Assembly: GCA_040879925.1 (NCBI GenBank)
Contig: JBBDJJ010000050.1
Coordinates: forward strand, 42,221 to 106,220
Length of the DNA stretch: 64,000 nt
DNA from: Woeseia sp.
Lineage (GTDB): Bacteria; Pseudomonadota; Gammaproteobacteria; Steroidobacterales; Woeseiaceae
Direction of reading: 5' to 3'
A program made the translations under genes and the position numbers. The notes beneath the pieces are model-generated. The model saw only the letters and a list, made by a program, of their open reading frames with translations, was not told the DNA's origin and made no database searches. The stretch's first letter is position 1. Each line of letters begins with the position of its first letter. Shown here one piece after another: positions 17,540 through 26,391 of the stretch.

Positions 17540-19252
17540 TTGGGCGAGCGGCGCAAGCCCCGACTTCGACAGTTTCCAGCAACCGGCCTGAGGCGTGTAA
17601 CGGTGCAACGACGATCATTTCTGCAAACGCTCGTGTCCAGCGTTGCGTTTCTCGCGGCCGGTTTTGGCCGGCGAATTGCTTCTGCGGAATCCGACCTTGC
17701 GAAGGACGTTTTTGCCTGTGGCGTTGCCAGCGGCGATCCGACGGCCGATGCGGTCGTTCTCTGGACGCGCATCGCTACCCCCGGGAACAGCACCCTGTCG
17801 AAGGACCTTCGCTGGCAGGTCGCAACCGACGCCGCCATGACCGACGTGGTTGCGGCAGGTATGGCGCGTACCGACGAATCGCGGGATTTCACTGTCAAAG
17901 TCGATGCCACCGGCTTGCCCTCCGGGCGGACAGTTTATTATCGCTTTGACGTCGACGGTCACTTCTCCCCGGTCGGGCGCACACGCACATTGCCGACCGG
18001 TGACCTGCGACTTGCGAAATTCGCAGTCGTGTCCTGCTCGAATCATCCCGCCGGCTATTTTCACGCCTACCGCGAAATTGCACAGCAGGACGATATCGAC
18101 GCCGTGTTGCATCTCGGCGATTACATTTACGAATACGGGATGGGCGGGTATGCAACCGACAGAGCCGGGGCGCTCGGGCGCATTCCCGATCCGGCGACAG
18201 AGTGTCTCACGCTCACGGACTACCGGCGCCGCCACGCGCAATACAAGCAGGACGCCGATTCGCGGGCGATGCTCGCCGCGCACCCGCTCATCGCGGTCTG
18301 GGACGATCATGAAACCGCCAACGACGCCTGGCGGGACGGTGCACAGAATCACCAGCCTGACGAAGGCAAGTGGACAGCAAGACGAGATGCAGCTATGCAG
18401 GCCTGGTTCGAATGGATGCCGATTCGCAACAACCGACGCAACGAGCGCCGCAGAAGGGGCGTGACGCCAATTTTTCGCGACTTCCGTTACGGCAACCTGG
18501 CCTCTGTCGTTATGCTCGACACGCGCCTGTACGGTCGCGATGCGCAGGCCAACGTGAGCGAAACGGTAAGTGAGGAGACAGTGACAGAGGCCATGCGCGA
18601 TGCGAAGCGGCGCATGCTGGGCAGCCGCCAGGAGCGCTGGTTACGCCAGCGGCTGCAGGCCTCGGGCGACACGGTATGGCAAATCATTGGCCAGCAGGTC
18701 ATGGTGGCCAACATGCGCTCACCCGACCTCGAACCGGTCGTGAACCTCGATGGGCCATCTTATTTTTCGCGCGAAGCGCTCGAAACCGTCGTCGCCCGGA
18801 GCAAGGGCAATCCACCCGGTTTTCTCGACACCTGGGACGGCTATCCGCATGCGCGGGAGGACTTGCTGCAGGATCTCTCGCAATACGCCCGCAACCCGGT
18901 ACTGTTAAGCGGCGACTTGCATACGGCACTGGCCGCGGAATTGATCCCTGCCGGTGCCGAGAAGCCCGTTGCTGTCGAGTTCATGACGACGTCGGTCTCA
19001 TCGCCGGGAATTGCGGCGTATCTGCCCGAGAAGTCGCCCGATTCGCTACGCGATGCCACACTGGAGCAAAATCCCGGCATACGCTTCCTGGATATTCACC
19101 ATCGCGGCTGGCTGTGCCTGACGGTAACACCGCAGCGCTGTACCGGAGCGTGGCACTTTCTCAGCACTGTGCACGATCGTGACTACCACAGCGAGTTGGC
19201 GAGGTCGTTCTGGGTTGCCGCCGACCGGGTTGTTGACGGTCTGCATGGCTGA
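17540..19252 (+). CDS. phoD: alkaline phosphatase PhoD (Tat-exported)
   Basis: Twin-arginine motif QRRSFLQ, GVASGDP, and LGDYIYEY metallophosphatase motif. The start is probably GTG at 17603. Confidence 0.85.
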   Translation: MGERRKPRLRQFPATGLRRVTVQRRSFLQTLVSSVAFLAAGFGRRIASAESDLAKDVFACGVASGDPTADAVVLWTRIATPGNSTLSKDLRWQVATDAAMTDVVAAGMARTDESRDFTVKVDATGLPSGRTVYYRFDVDGHFSPVGRTRTLPTGDLRLAKFAVVSCSNHPAGYFHAYREIAQQDDIDAVLHLGDYIYEYGMGGYATDRAGALGRIPDPATECLTLTDYRRRHAQYKQDADSRAMLAAHPLIAVWDDHETANDAWRDGAQNHQPDEGKWTARRDAAMQAWFEWMPIRNNRRNERRRRGVTPIFRDFRYGNLASVVMLDTRLYGRDAQANVSETVSEETVTEAMRDAKRRMLGSRQERWLRQRLQASGDTVWQIIGQQVMVANMRSPDLEPVVNLDGPSYFSREALETVVARSKGNPPGFLDTWDGYPHAREDLLQDLSQYARNPVLLSGDLHTALAAELIPAGAEKPVAVEFMTTSVSSPGIAAYLPEKSPDSLRDATLEQNPGIRFLDIHHRGWLCLTVTPQRCTGAWHFLSTVHDRDYHSELARSFWVAADRVVDGLHG

Positions 19253-19296
19253 CCGACTTTTCATCGCGCAGTAACGACGAGCGGCTGCATTCCGGT

Positions 19297-20505
19297 ATGC
19301 GAGGTCGGCAGTTAACAATCGCGGAAGCACGACGAATTGCGCTCGCGGCTCAGGGCTTCGACCGTCCCCGTCCGGACGGCACACCCGATATCCGCCACAT
19401 CCGGCGCGCCATAAACGAGCTCGGACTCCTGCAACTTGACTTCGTGAATGTGCTGGTGCCGGCGCATTACCTGGTGGTGTATTCGCGACTCGGGCCGTAC
19501 CAACGACAGCGTTTCGACCGACTGGTTTACGGGCGAGGGGAGTTCACCGAACAGTGGGCGCACGAAGCCTCTATCGTGCCCGCCGATTGTTGGCCGTTGC
19601 TGGCGCATCGCCGGGCCGCATTTCGCCCTTACCGAAACAGCCCGATCCGCCAGCTTCCGGACCACCATGAGTATCTGCAGAATGCCTTGCAGATCGTGCG
19701 CGACAAGGGCCCGGTAACAGGTCGTGATCTGCCGCCCGCTCCCGGTCCGCAGCGCAAGGCAGGCGACTGGCACCGATCGGTCCAGCGTTCAGCGCTCGAA
19801 TATCATTTCGGCTTCGGCAACGTTGCGGTTGCCGGTCGCTTGCCCAATTTTCAGCGGCAGTATGACCTGCCGGAGCGTGTCATCGACGCCGCCGTGCACC
19901 GACGCGAGGTCCCGCGAGACGTTGCCGAAAGGGCTTTGCTCCTGCAGGCTGCGCGAGCCTGCGGCATTGCCACACTGGCGGACCTTGCCGACTATTACCG
20001 CATGACTGCAGCCGACGCACGCGAGCGCGTTGCGGAATTGGTCGAGGCGGGGCAGTTGATCGAACTCTCGGTCGAAGGTTGGCCAATGCCCGCCTACCTG
20101 TCGGCCGACGCGCGCCTGCCGCGGTCCGTGAATTGCCGTGCCCTGTTGTCGCCCTTCGATCCACTGATATGGTACCGGCCGCGCGCCGAACGTCTGTTTG
20201 ACTTTCACTACAGGATCGAGATCTACGTACCCTGGCATCGTCGCAAATGGGGCTACTACGTACTGCCGTTTTTAATGGACGACAGAATCGTTGCCCGCGT
20301 CGATCTGAAGGCCGACCGGGCAATGGGCCGGCTGGTGGTCCTGTCGGCACATCCGGAAGCCGGCATCGACGAGGCTCGTTGTGCTCACGAACTCGCGCGG
20401 GAGCTCGCGTCACTGGCGCACTGGCTGGGACTTGGCACTGTGTCGGTGGGCCGCAAGGGGAAACTGGCGCGGGCTTTGGCCAGGGAAGTCAAACTGGATG
20501 CTTAG
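19297..20505 (+). CDS. YcaQ/AlkZ-family winged-helix DNA glycosylase (interstrand crosslink repair type)
   Basis: N-terminal LTIAEARRIALAAQGF; LQLDFVN (Q-x-D as in the YcaQ branch); EQWAHEAS. Confidence 0.7.
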   Translation: MRGRQLTIAEARRIALAAQGFDRPRPDGTPDIRHIRRAINELGLLQLDFVNVLVPAHYLVVYSRLGPYQRQRFDRLVYGRGEFTEQWAHEASIVPADCWPLLAHRRAAFRPYRNSPIRQLPDHHEYLQNALQIVRDKGPVTGRDLPPAPGPQRKAGDWHRSVQRSALEYHFGFGNVAVAGRLPNFQRQYDLPERVIDAAVHRREVPRDVAERALLLQAARACGIATLADLADYYRMTAADARERVAELVEAGQLIELSVEGWPMPAYLSADARLPRSVNCRALLSPFDPLIWYRPRAERLFDFHYRIEIYVPWHRRKWGYYVLPFLMDDRIVARVDLKADRAMGRLVVLSAHPEAGIDEARCAHELARELASLAHWLGLGTVSVGRKGKLARALAREVKLDA

Positions 20506-20532
20506 CGGTCATGGGGCCCGATTCAGCCTCGA

Positions 20533-20599
20533 CCGGCGATGTCCTTTGACGCAATAACTTCCTTCGGTCCGCTTTACTTGCGCCAAAGGACATCGCCGG
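20533..20599. repeat. 20-bp-arm inverted repeat (1 mismatch) with a 27-nt loop between convergent genes
   Basis: Left arm CCGGCGATGTCCTTTGACGC (20533-20552); right arm GCGCCAAAGGACATCGCCGG (20580-20599). No T-tract follows. Confidence 0.7.
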
Positions 20600-20627
20600 C
20601 AAAGGCCTTAGGTTGTGATTAAACGCG

Positions 20628-21986
20628 TCACACGGTACTTTGCGGGCGGATCGGTGAGCCGTCGAAAAAGCGCTGCAAGCGGAACTCCGACAGAGCGATG
20701 CCGGAATCGGTGTTCGTCAACATGCCCGCAATCGCCTTGCCGGCGCCTGGGCCGATACCGAAGCCGTGCCCGCTGAAGCCGGTCGCCAGGTGGAACCCGG
20801 GCAGTGAATCGATCGGGCAGATGATCGGCACCACATCCGGCGATGTTTCCACCATACCGGCCCAGGCTTCGGCAATTTCCACGTTTGCCAGTGCGGGAAA
20901 CGTCGCCCCCAGGTTTTTTTTAATTCTGTGTACCACGCTCGCGACCGGCTCGGGATTCAGGACCCGCTGCTTCTCGAACGGAGATTCCGAATCGAGCGCC
21001 CAGTGCTTCGGCATCGCCAGCTCCTCAAAAAACTCCTTACCGAAAGAGAGACGTAGCACCTTGAATTCCTGCCGAAGTGCCGGAAAGAACTTTGACGCGT
21101 AACGCAACGTCGACGGCGTAATCGGGTGCAGCAGGATGGAGCCGTGTGCCACGGTATAACCGCCGTCCTCGCGGCGGCGAATACCGATCTTTTCGTCAAA
21201 CAGGTTGCCGTTCAACACGGCCGGAGCGGGCGCCGTCCGCACTACGGTTCCCTTTACTTTCAACTGCGGCACCGCAATGTCGAGTGAGCGGCAGAACAGC
21301 GACGACCACGCACCGGCTGCGCACAAAACGGTTGATGTTCGAATCGCTCCGTGTTCCGTGACCACAGACGCAACCCGACCGCCGGCAGTCTCGATGCCAC
21401 GCACCGCGCAGGACGTCAGTATGGTCGCGCCCTTGGCAGCCGCGGCCCGGGCAATCGCAGTAGCGGCCTTGTGAGGCTCGGCTCGGCCATCGCTCGCCGT
21501 ATACATGGCGCCGATCCATTGCGACGACGCGCCGGCAACCTGCTCATCGAGTTCTCGTCCGTCGATGATTCGCGTATCCATGCCGTAGCTTTTCGCGTCT
21601 GCAGCCCAAACGGCAAATTCATCCAGCTCTTTTTGCTTGCGTGCCATGAACAGGCAACCGCCTTGCACAAATCCGACGCTCTCGCCAATGTCGGCCTCCA
21701 GCTGCTGCCAGATGCGCATGCTCGCCATCATCATCGGCAATTCACGCAGGTCGCGACCCTGCTGGCGTACCCAACCCCAGTTGCGTCCGGATTGCTCACC
21801 GGCGATATGACCCTTTTCGCACAGCACGACGCTGATTCCCTGACGTGCGAGAAACCATGCCGTCGAAACGCCGACGATGCCGCCACCGATAACGACAACA
21901 TCAGCGCTGTCCGGGCAGTTCGCAGGCGGAACAAGCGGGCGGGTCCACGACTGCGAGACCGTATTCTTTGCAAAGTTTTCAGACAT
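20628..21986 (-). CDS. FAD-dependent oxidoreductase (DAO family)
   Basis: VVVIGGGIVGVSTAWFLARQG dinucleotide-binding motif. Its ATG immediately follows the RND stop codon (TGAATG). Confidence 0.8.
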   Translation of the reverse strand: MSENFAKNTVSQSWTRPLVPPANCPDSADVVVIGGGIVGVSTAWFLARQGISVVLCEKGHIAGEQSGRNWGWVRQQGRDLRELPMMMASMRIWQQLEADIGESVGFVQGGCLFMARKQKELDEFAVWAADAKSYGMDTRIIDGRELDEQVAGASSQWIGAMYTASDGRAEPHKAATAIARAAAAKGATILTSCAVRGIETAGGRVASVVTEHGAIRTSTVLCAAGAWSSLFCRSLDIAVPQLKVKGTVVRTAPAPAVLNGNLFDEKIGIRRREDGGYTVAHGSILLHPITPSTLRYASKFFPALRQEFKVLRLSFGKEFFEELAMPKHWALDSESPFEKQRVLNPEPVASVVHRIKKNLGATFPALANVEIAEAWAGMVETSPDVVPIICPIDSLPGFHLATGFSGHGFGIGPGAGKAIAGMLTNTDSGIALSEFRLQRFFDGSPIRPQSTV

Positions 21987-24900
21987 TCAGTTTGCTCGAC
22001 CACGGAAAGGGACGGCAAGCTTGCCCACCCCAGCCAACAGGAAATTGCGAATGCGGTGATCTCGCAAACGCATGAACGCACGAAACATTATGGGTACCAG
22101 GAACAAGGTCAGCAATGAGGCAACGAAGAGCCCGAAGACCATACTCGATGCTACCGGCCCCCACAGCAAGGACTTGCCGCCAAGCCCGGTCGCGAGTGAA
22201 AAAAGCCCGGCTATCGTGGTCATGGTCGTCATGATAATCGCTATGACGCGACGTCGGGCGGCGTAGATGATAGCGTGCAGCGGCCGCATGCCAGCTGCAA
22301 TGCGTGTGTTGGCTGCATCGATCAGCACGATCGCGGCGTTCACGGCAATACCCATCAATGCAACGATGCCGTAGAGCGTGTACAGGCTTAACGGGTTCTG
22401 CGTGATGAACAAGCCGATGACCACGCCGGTAAATGCCATAGGTAAAGTTGCGAGAATCAACATGGGCTGAAAGTAGCTGCGAAATTGCGTGGCAAGGATG
22501 AGATAGATCAGACCCAGACCCAACAACGCCAGTATCAGCATGGAATCCAGGCTCTCCTGAATGTCGTCGAACGCGCCTGAAAAATCGAGGTCGGTTGCAG
22601 TGTATTGAGATTGAATGAATGCCCATTCATCACGGATCCGCTTATTCGCGGTGACCGTGTTGATCGTTTCTTCATCGATATCCGCCTCGATGGTTATCGA
22701 GCGTCGATAATTGTAATGCCTTATGGTGCCGGCACCGCGCGCGACGTTACTACTCGTCAAGGCGCGAAAGGTGGTAGTTCCTCCCTGCGGCACGGAAATC
22801 GGATCATCGAGAATTTCGTTCACATCCTGCACTGAGCGCCGGGGCCCGCGCACACGCAGCTCGACTTTCTCGCCTTCGTCACGTGTAAAAGCAATGATCT
22901 CGCCATCCAGATGCAAACGCGTCAGGCGCAGCACTTCACCGGGCGTAAGTCCGGCCTGCCGGATTGCTCGCCCGTCAAGATCCAGGGTCAACTCGTAGCG
23001 GCCCGGCACATCGTTGTCGATTACGTTGGAAGTACCGTCAACGCTCCGCACAATCTGCTTCACCGCTTCCGACGCTGCTCGCAGTTCCGCAAAGTTATCG
23101 CTGCGCACCTTGACGCTGATGTCCTTGGCAATCGGCGGGCCGCCGGAGATCTCGAAGAAGGTGATCTCGGCATTGCCGGCTGTCGCAATGGCGGCTTCGC
23201 GCACAGCGTCGACCACGTCGCTGACGTTCCGGTTCTCAGGTGTCTTCGGGTTCAGGGATACCTGGATCTGGCCGTATTGATCGCCAAACAGCGCTTCGGC
23301 GTCCGTAAACTTGACGCCGGCCATGTTGGTGACGGCTCGAACTTCCTCATCGCGCATCAAAGGCCGGATTCGCGCCGCAACACGATCCGTCTGCGCCAGG
23401 GTGTCCTCGATCGGCGAATCCGCCGGCATTTCCACATGCACGTAAAACATGCGAATCGGGTCAAACGTAAAGAATTCCACTCGAACCCGTTCCGTGGCAA
23501 TCGCAACAACGGACAGTGCAAATGCCAGGCCACCGATTGCAAAGAAGCGTTTCGGACGTCGAAACACATAGGCCAGCGCTTTTGTGTATCGCACCCGTAC
23601 CAGATGCGTCCATCGCCCGCGCCAGTGTCGAAATCGTTCGTTCGCCGTTTGTGGACGCCCACTGGAGGTAATGACGTGAGACGGCAGAATCCAGAATGCC
23701 TCGATGAGACTGACCAGCAGGCCGACCGTCACTACCAGGGGGATGATCAACATGAAATCGCCGAGTATTCCGGGCAGCAACATCAAAGGCGCAAACGCAG
23801 AGATTGTCGTAAATACAGCCGCCGTGACCGGCTTGCCGACCTCGCGCAACGCATCGATCGCTGCGCCAAACGCCTCCTGACCTCGCTGCAGCCGGTAGTA
23901 AAGGGCCTCGACTACGACGACCGCATCGTCAACCAGCATACCCAGAACGATAACGACGCCCAGCAGGACGGATACGTTCAGCGTATTGCCGGTCACATTA
24001 AGTACGAGAAACGTGCCGGCAATCGAAAAAGCGATGCCCAGCGTGACAAACGAGGCAATGCGCAATCCAAGGAAAACCCAGCACACGCCGAGAACCAGGA
24101 AGAGGCCAACGAAAGCGTTGCGCTGCATTACTGTCAAAGCCTGCCTGGTTTGCGTCGTTTGGTCGTCGGTCAGGAACAGTTCGATGCCGGTTTCGCCGAG
24201 TACACGGTTCTTGTCATCCACGTATTGATCGATGCGATCAACGAGATTCAGCGTATTCGTGAACGCAACCTTGGTGATCGCCATGGACACGGCCGGCCGA
24301 CCATTGAAACTGACCAACTGTTGCGGCTCATCGCGCCCGCGCCGAACTTCGGCAACCTGGTCAAGTGAGACTTTTTGCTGTGGGAATCCGCGCGGTGAGA
24401 TAAGAAACCTTGCCAGTGCGTTGGGCTCGACGGTCTTGCCGCGAACTCGAATGAGCCAGGCTTCATTGCCAACCTCGATTTCGCCGGCCGTAACGTCACG
24501 GTAGGCCTCGCGCAGTTGGTCCGCGATATCCACAGCGGTCAGTCCGCGAGCGGCCAGTTGTTGCGGATTGATTTCGATCTGTAATTCGGGTTCGTTAAAG
24601 CCGAAAGCCTGGACACGGTCGACACCTGTCAGTCGTTCCAGTTCGTCCTTGACCAGGCGCGCCTGGCGTCGCAAGCGTTCGTCATCGGCCTGGCCTGCAA
24701 CCACCACTGTTGCTGTCGGAAAGCCGTTCGAGGTCGTAATCTCCAGCACATACGGATCTTCGACATCCTCGGGTAGCTCGTCATTGGTCTTGCTCTGAAT
24801 TTCCCGTCGCAGATCCGTAACCCGTTTGTCGAATTCGCGCTCCGAAAGATCGCGAAAGCGCACCAGAATATCGGAGACATTCTCTCGCGAACTGCTGCTG

Positions 24901-25139
24901 ACGAAGCGGATATCCTGCACATTGCGCAGCGCATCCTCGAGCGGGCCTGTAACGAGTTCCTCCACATCTGCAGCGGTTGCGCCCGGCAATATCGTATTGA
25001 TATTGACGAAATTGAAGTTGATCTCCGGATCCTGCTCACGTGGCATTTGCAGGTAGGAAAGAATGCCCATCAGCAAGACAACGGAAAACAGGATATTGAC
25101 CAACGGATGGTTGGTCAGAAGTGTGCGAACCAGCTTCAT
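21987..25139 (-). CDS. RND efflux transporter, inner-membrane permease (AcrB/AcrD/AcrF family)
   Basis: 1050 aa with the typical 12-TM/two-large-loop layout; ATGA overlap with the upstream MFP gene. Confidence 0.9.
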   Translation of the reverse strand: MKLVRTLLTNHPLVNILFSVVLLMGILSYLQMPREQDPEINFNFVNINTILPGATAADVEELVTGPLEDALRNVQDIRFVSSSSRENVSDILVRFRDLSEREFDKRVTDLRREIQSKTNDELPEDVEDPYVLEITTSNGFPTATVVVAGQADDERLRRQARLVKDELERLTGVDRVQAFGFNEPELQIEINPQQLAARGLTAVDIADQLREAYRDVTAGEIEVGNEAWLIRVRGKTVEPNALARFLISPRGFPQQKVSLDQVAEVRRGRDEPQQLVSFNGRPAVSMAITKVAFTNTLNLVDRIDQYVDDKNRVLGETGIELFLTDDQTTQTRQALTVMQRNAFVGLFLVLGVCWVFLGLRIASFVTLGIAFSIAGTFLVLNVTGNTLNVSVLLGVVIVLGMLVDDAVVVVEALYYRLQRGQEAFGAAIDALREVGKPVTAAVFTTISAFAPLMLLPGILGDFMLIIPLVVTVGLLVSLIEAFWILPSHVITSSGRPQTANERFRHWRGRWTHLVRVRYTKALAYVFRRPKRFFAIGGLAFALSVVAIATERVRVEFFTFDPIRMFYVHVEMPADSPIEDTLAQTDRVAARIRPLMRDEEVRAVTNMAGVKFTDAEALFGDQYGQIQVSLNPKTPENRNVSDVVDAVREAAIATAGNAEITFFEISGGPPIAKDISVKVRSDNFAELRAASEAVKQIVRSVDGTSNVIDNDVPGRYELTLDLDGRAIRQAGLTPGEVLRLTRLHLDGEIIAFTRDEGEKVELRVRGPRRSVQDVNEILDDPISVPQGGTTTFRALTSSNVARGAGTIRHYNYRRSITIEADIDEETINTVTANKRIRDEWAFIQSQYTATDLDFSGAFDDIQESLDSMLILALLGLGLIYLILATQFRSYFQPMLILATLPMAFTGVVIGLFITQNPLSLYTLYGIVALMGIAVNAAIVLIDAANTRIAAGMRPLHAIIYAARRRVIAIIMTTMTTIAGLFSLATGLGGKSLLWGPVASSMVFGLFVASLLTLFLVPIMFRAFMRLRDHRIRNFLLAGVGKLAVPFRGRAN

Positions 25140-26218
25140 TCCTGCGAGATCTGCAGCGTGTCACCGTCCTGGAGCCGGACATGACCGCGCGTGACGATCA
25201 ATGTATCCCCGGGCAGATCGACGGCAGCGGGCCTGCCTTCCTGTGCCGAAGGAATGGCGACAAAGCGAGCGCGACCGTTATCCACGGTGAATACACCAAA
25301 GCGGTTGTCGCGCTGTACGACCAATGCCACCGGCAACAGCGCAGAGGCTTCGTTCCAAACAAGGTCTCCACTCGAACCGATGGGCGCCGGTTCGTCGGCA
25401 AAGTGAAAGCGACCCCGTTGTTTACGGGTGTCCGCTTCAATCACGCTCGATAACCTTGCCAGCGACACTTGCCATTCGCGGCCCTGGGTGACAAAGCGCA
25501 GGTCATCGGTATCCGACAACGATGTGGCGTAACGGGGGTCGATCTCGGCGTCGACTTCCGGACTGGTCGTCTGCACAATCGTCATCAGGGCACTTCCCGG
25601 CGTCGCCAGATTGCCGACCTGTCCACTGCGTGCAACGACAACAGCATCGAAAGGCGCGCGAACTTCCGTTCGCGCCAGCTCAAGTCGAGCTGCTCGTATG
25701 AGCACGCGTTGCCGCTCGCGATTCGCTGCCAGCACAGCAACGGACGTCTGCCGATTGACCAGCTCGTCATCGGAAACAAAGGCCTTCTCCAGCAATTCCT
25801 CTGCTCTGTCCAGTCGTTGTTCGGCTTCCGCAACCTGGGCGTCGAGGGCCTCCAGATCCGCCACCGCGCGGGCCAGCGCCAGCCGGGCATCTGCCGCATC
25901 CAGCCGGACCAGCAACGCGCCTTCGACAACCTCGGCGCCGACATCCACTGCAATTTCTTCGATCAGTGCCGTAACCTGCGACGCAACAACGGAGCGGTTG
26001 GCCGGCAATACCACGGCGGGTGCCCGCACTTCGCGGTCAATCTGGATATCCGCCAGTCGTTGGACCGCGACCGGGGTAGCGCCCTGGGCGGCAAGCGGGG
26101 GTGATGCCAGTAAAGCCGGCACCAACAACAACCCCAGCAACAGAAACGTACGCAGTTCGTGTGCGCCATTGCAGCTCGCGCCTGCCGTCACGGTATTTTT
26201 GTTGTTTCGGGTGCTCAT
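25136..26218 (-). CDS. RND efflux periplasmic adaptor (MFP/HlyD family)
   Basis: Signal/TM anchor, coiled-coil hairpin (LDAADARLALARAVADLEALDAQVAEAEQRLDRAEEL), beta-barrel C-terminus. Confidence 0.85.
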   Translation of the reverse strand: MSTRNNKNTVTAGASCNGAHELRTFLLLGLLLVPALLASPPLAAQGATPVAVQRLADIQIDREVRAPAVVLPANRSVVASQVTALIEEIAVDVGAEVVEGALLVRLDAADARLALARAVADLEALDAQVAEAEQRLDRAEELLEKAFVSDDELVNRQTSVAVLAANRERQRVLIRAARLELARTEVRAPFDAVVVARSGQVGNLATPGSALMTIVQTTSPEVDAEIDPRYATSLSDTDDLRFVTQGREWQVSLARLSSVIEADTRKQRGRFHFADEPAPIGSSGDLVWNEASALLPVALVVQRDNRFGVFTVDNGRARFVAIPSAQEGRPAAVDLPGDTLIVTRGHVRLQDGDTLQISQE

Positions 26219-26357
26219 TTCGCGAGATTTACAGCATCAGCCGCTGTCCGCCGATGCAAACGGGGACAACTGACCTGGAAAGAGAAATTTGCTTAAATGC
26301 TTTGCTACAAGCGCGCGATTATAGCTTCGCTTTAGTAGATAATGCAGTAATGAGTCG

Positions 26358-26391
26358 TAACAACTAGTTGTAACAACGAGTTGTAACATTG
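26358..26391. promoter_or_regulatory. 13-bp tandem repeat x2.6 carrying palindromic cores, candidate operator
   Basis: TAACAACTAGTTG TAACAACGAGTTG TAACATTG. ACAACTAGTTGT (26360-26371) is a perfect palindrome. Lies in the divergent spacer between the RND operon and the methyltransferase gene. Confidence 0.4.

Noticed and set aside
17615-18352. 245-aa minus-strand ORF inside phoD, plus overlapping plus-frame ORFs 17850..18464 and 18676..19182
   Set aside because: The PhoD frame carries the Tat signal and metallophosphatase motifs. The alternatives lack any motif and are Arg/Pro-rich.
22911-24368. 485-aa plus-strand ORF (also 22605..22998, 23986..24504 and others) opposite the RND transporter
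   Set aside because: It lies entirely antisense to a well-supported 1050-aa AcrB-family gene. The translation is Arg/Gly/His/Gln-rich with no motifs. This is a typical long antisense ORF of GC-rich coding DNA.
25469-26273. 211-aa and 220-aa plus-strand ORFs opposite the MFP gene
   Set aside because: They are antisense to the adaptor gene, which is translationally coupled to the RND gene. Their composition (S/A/R/T runs) is non-protein-like.
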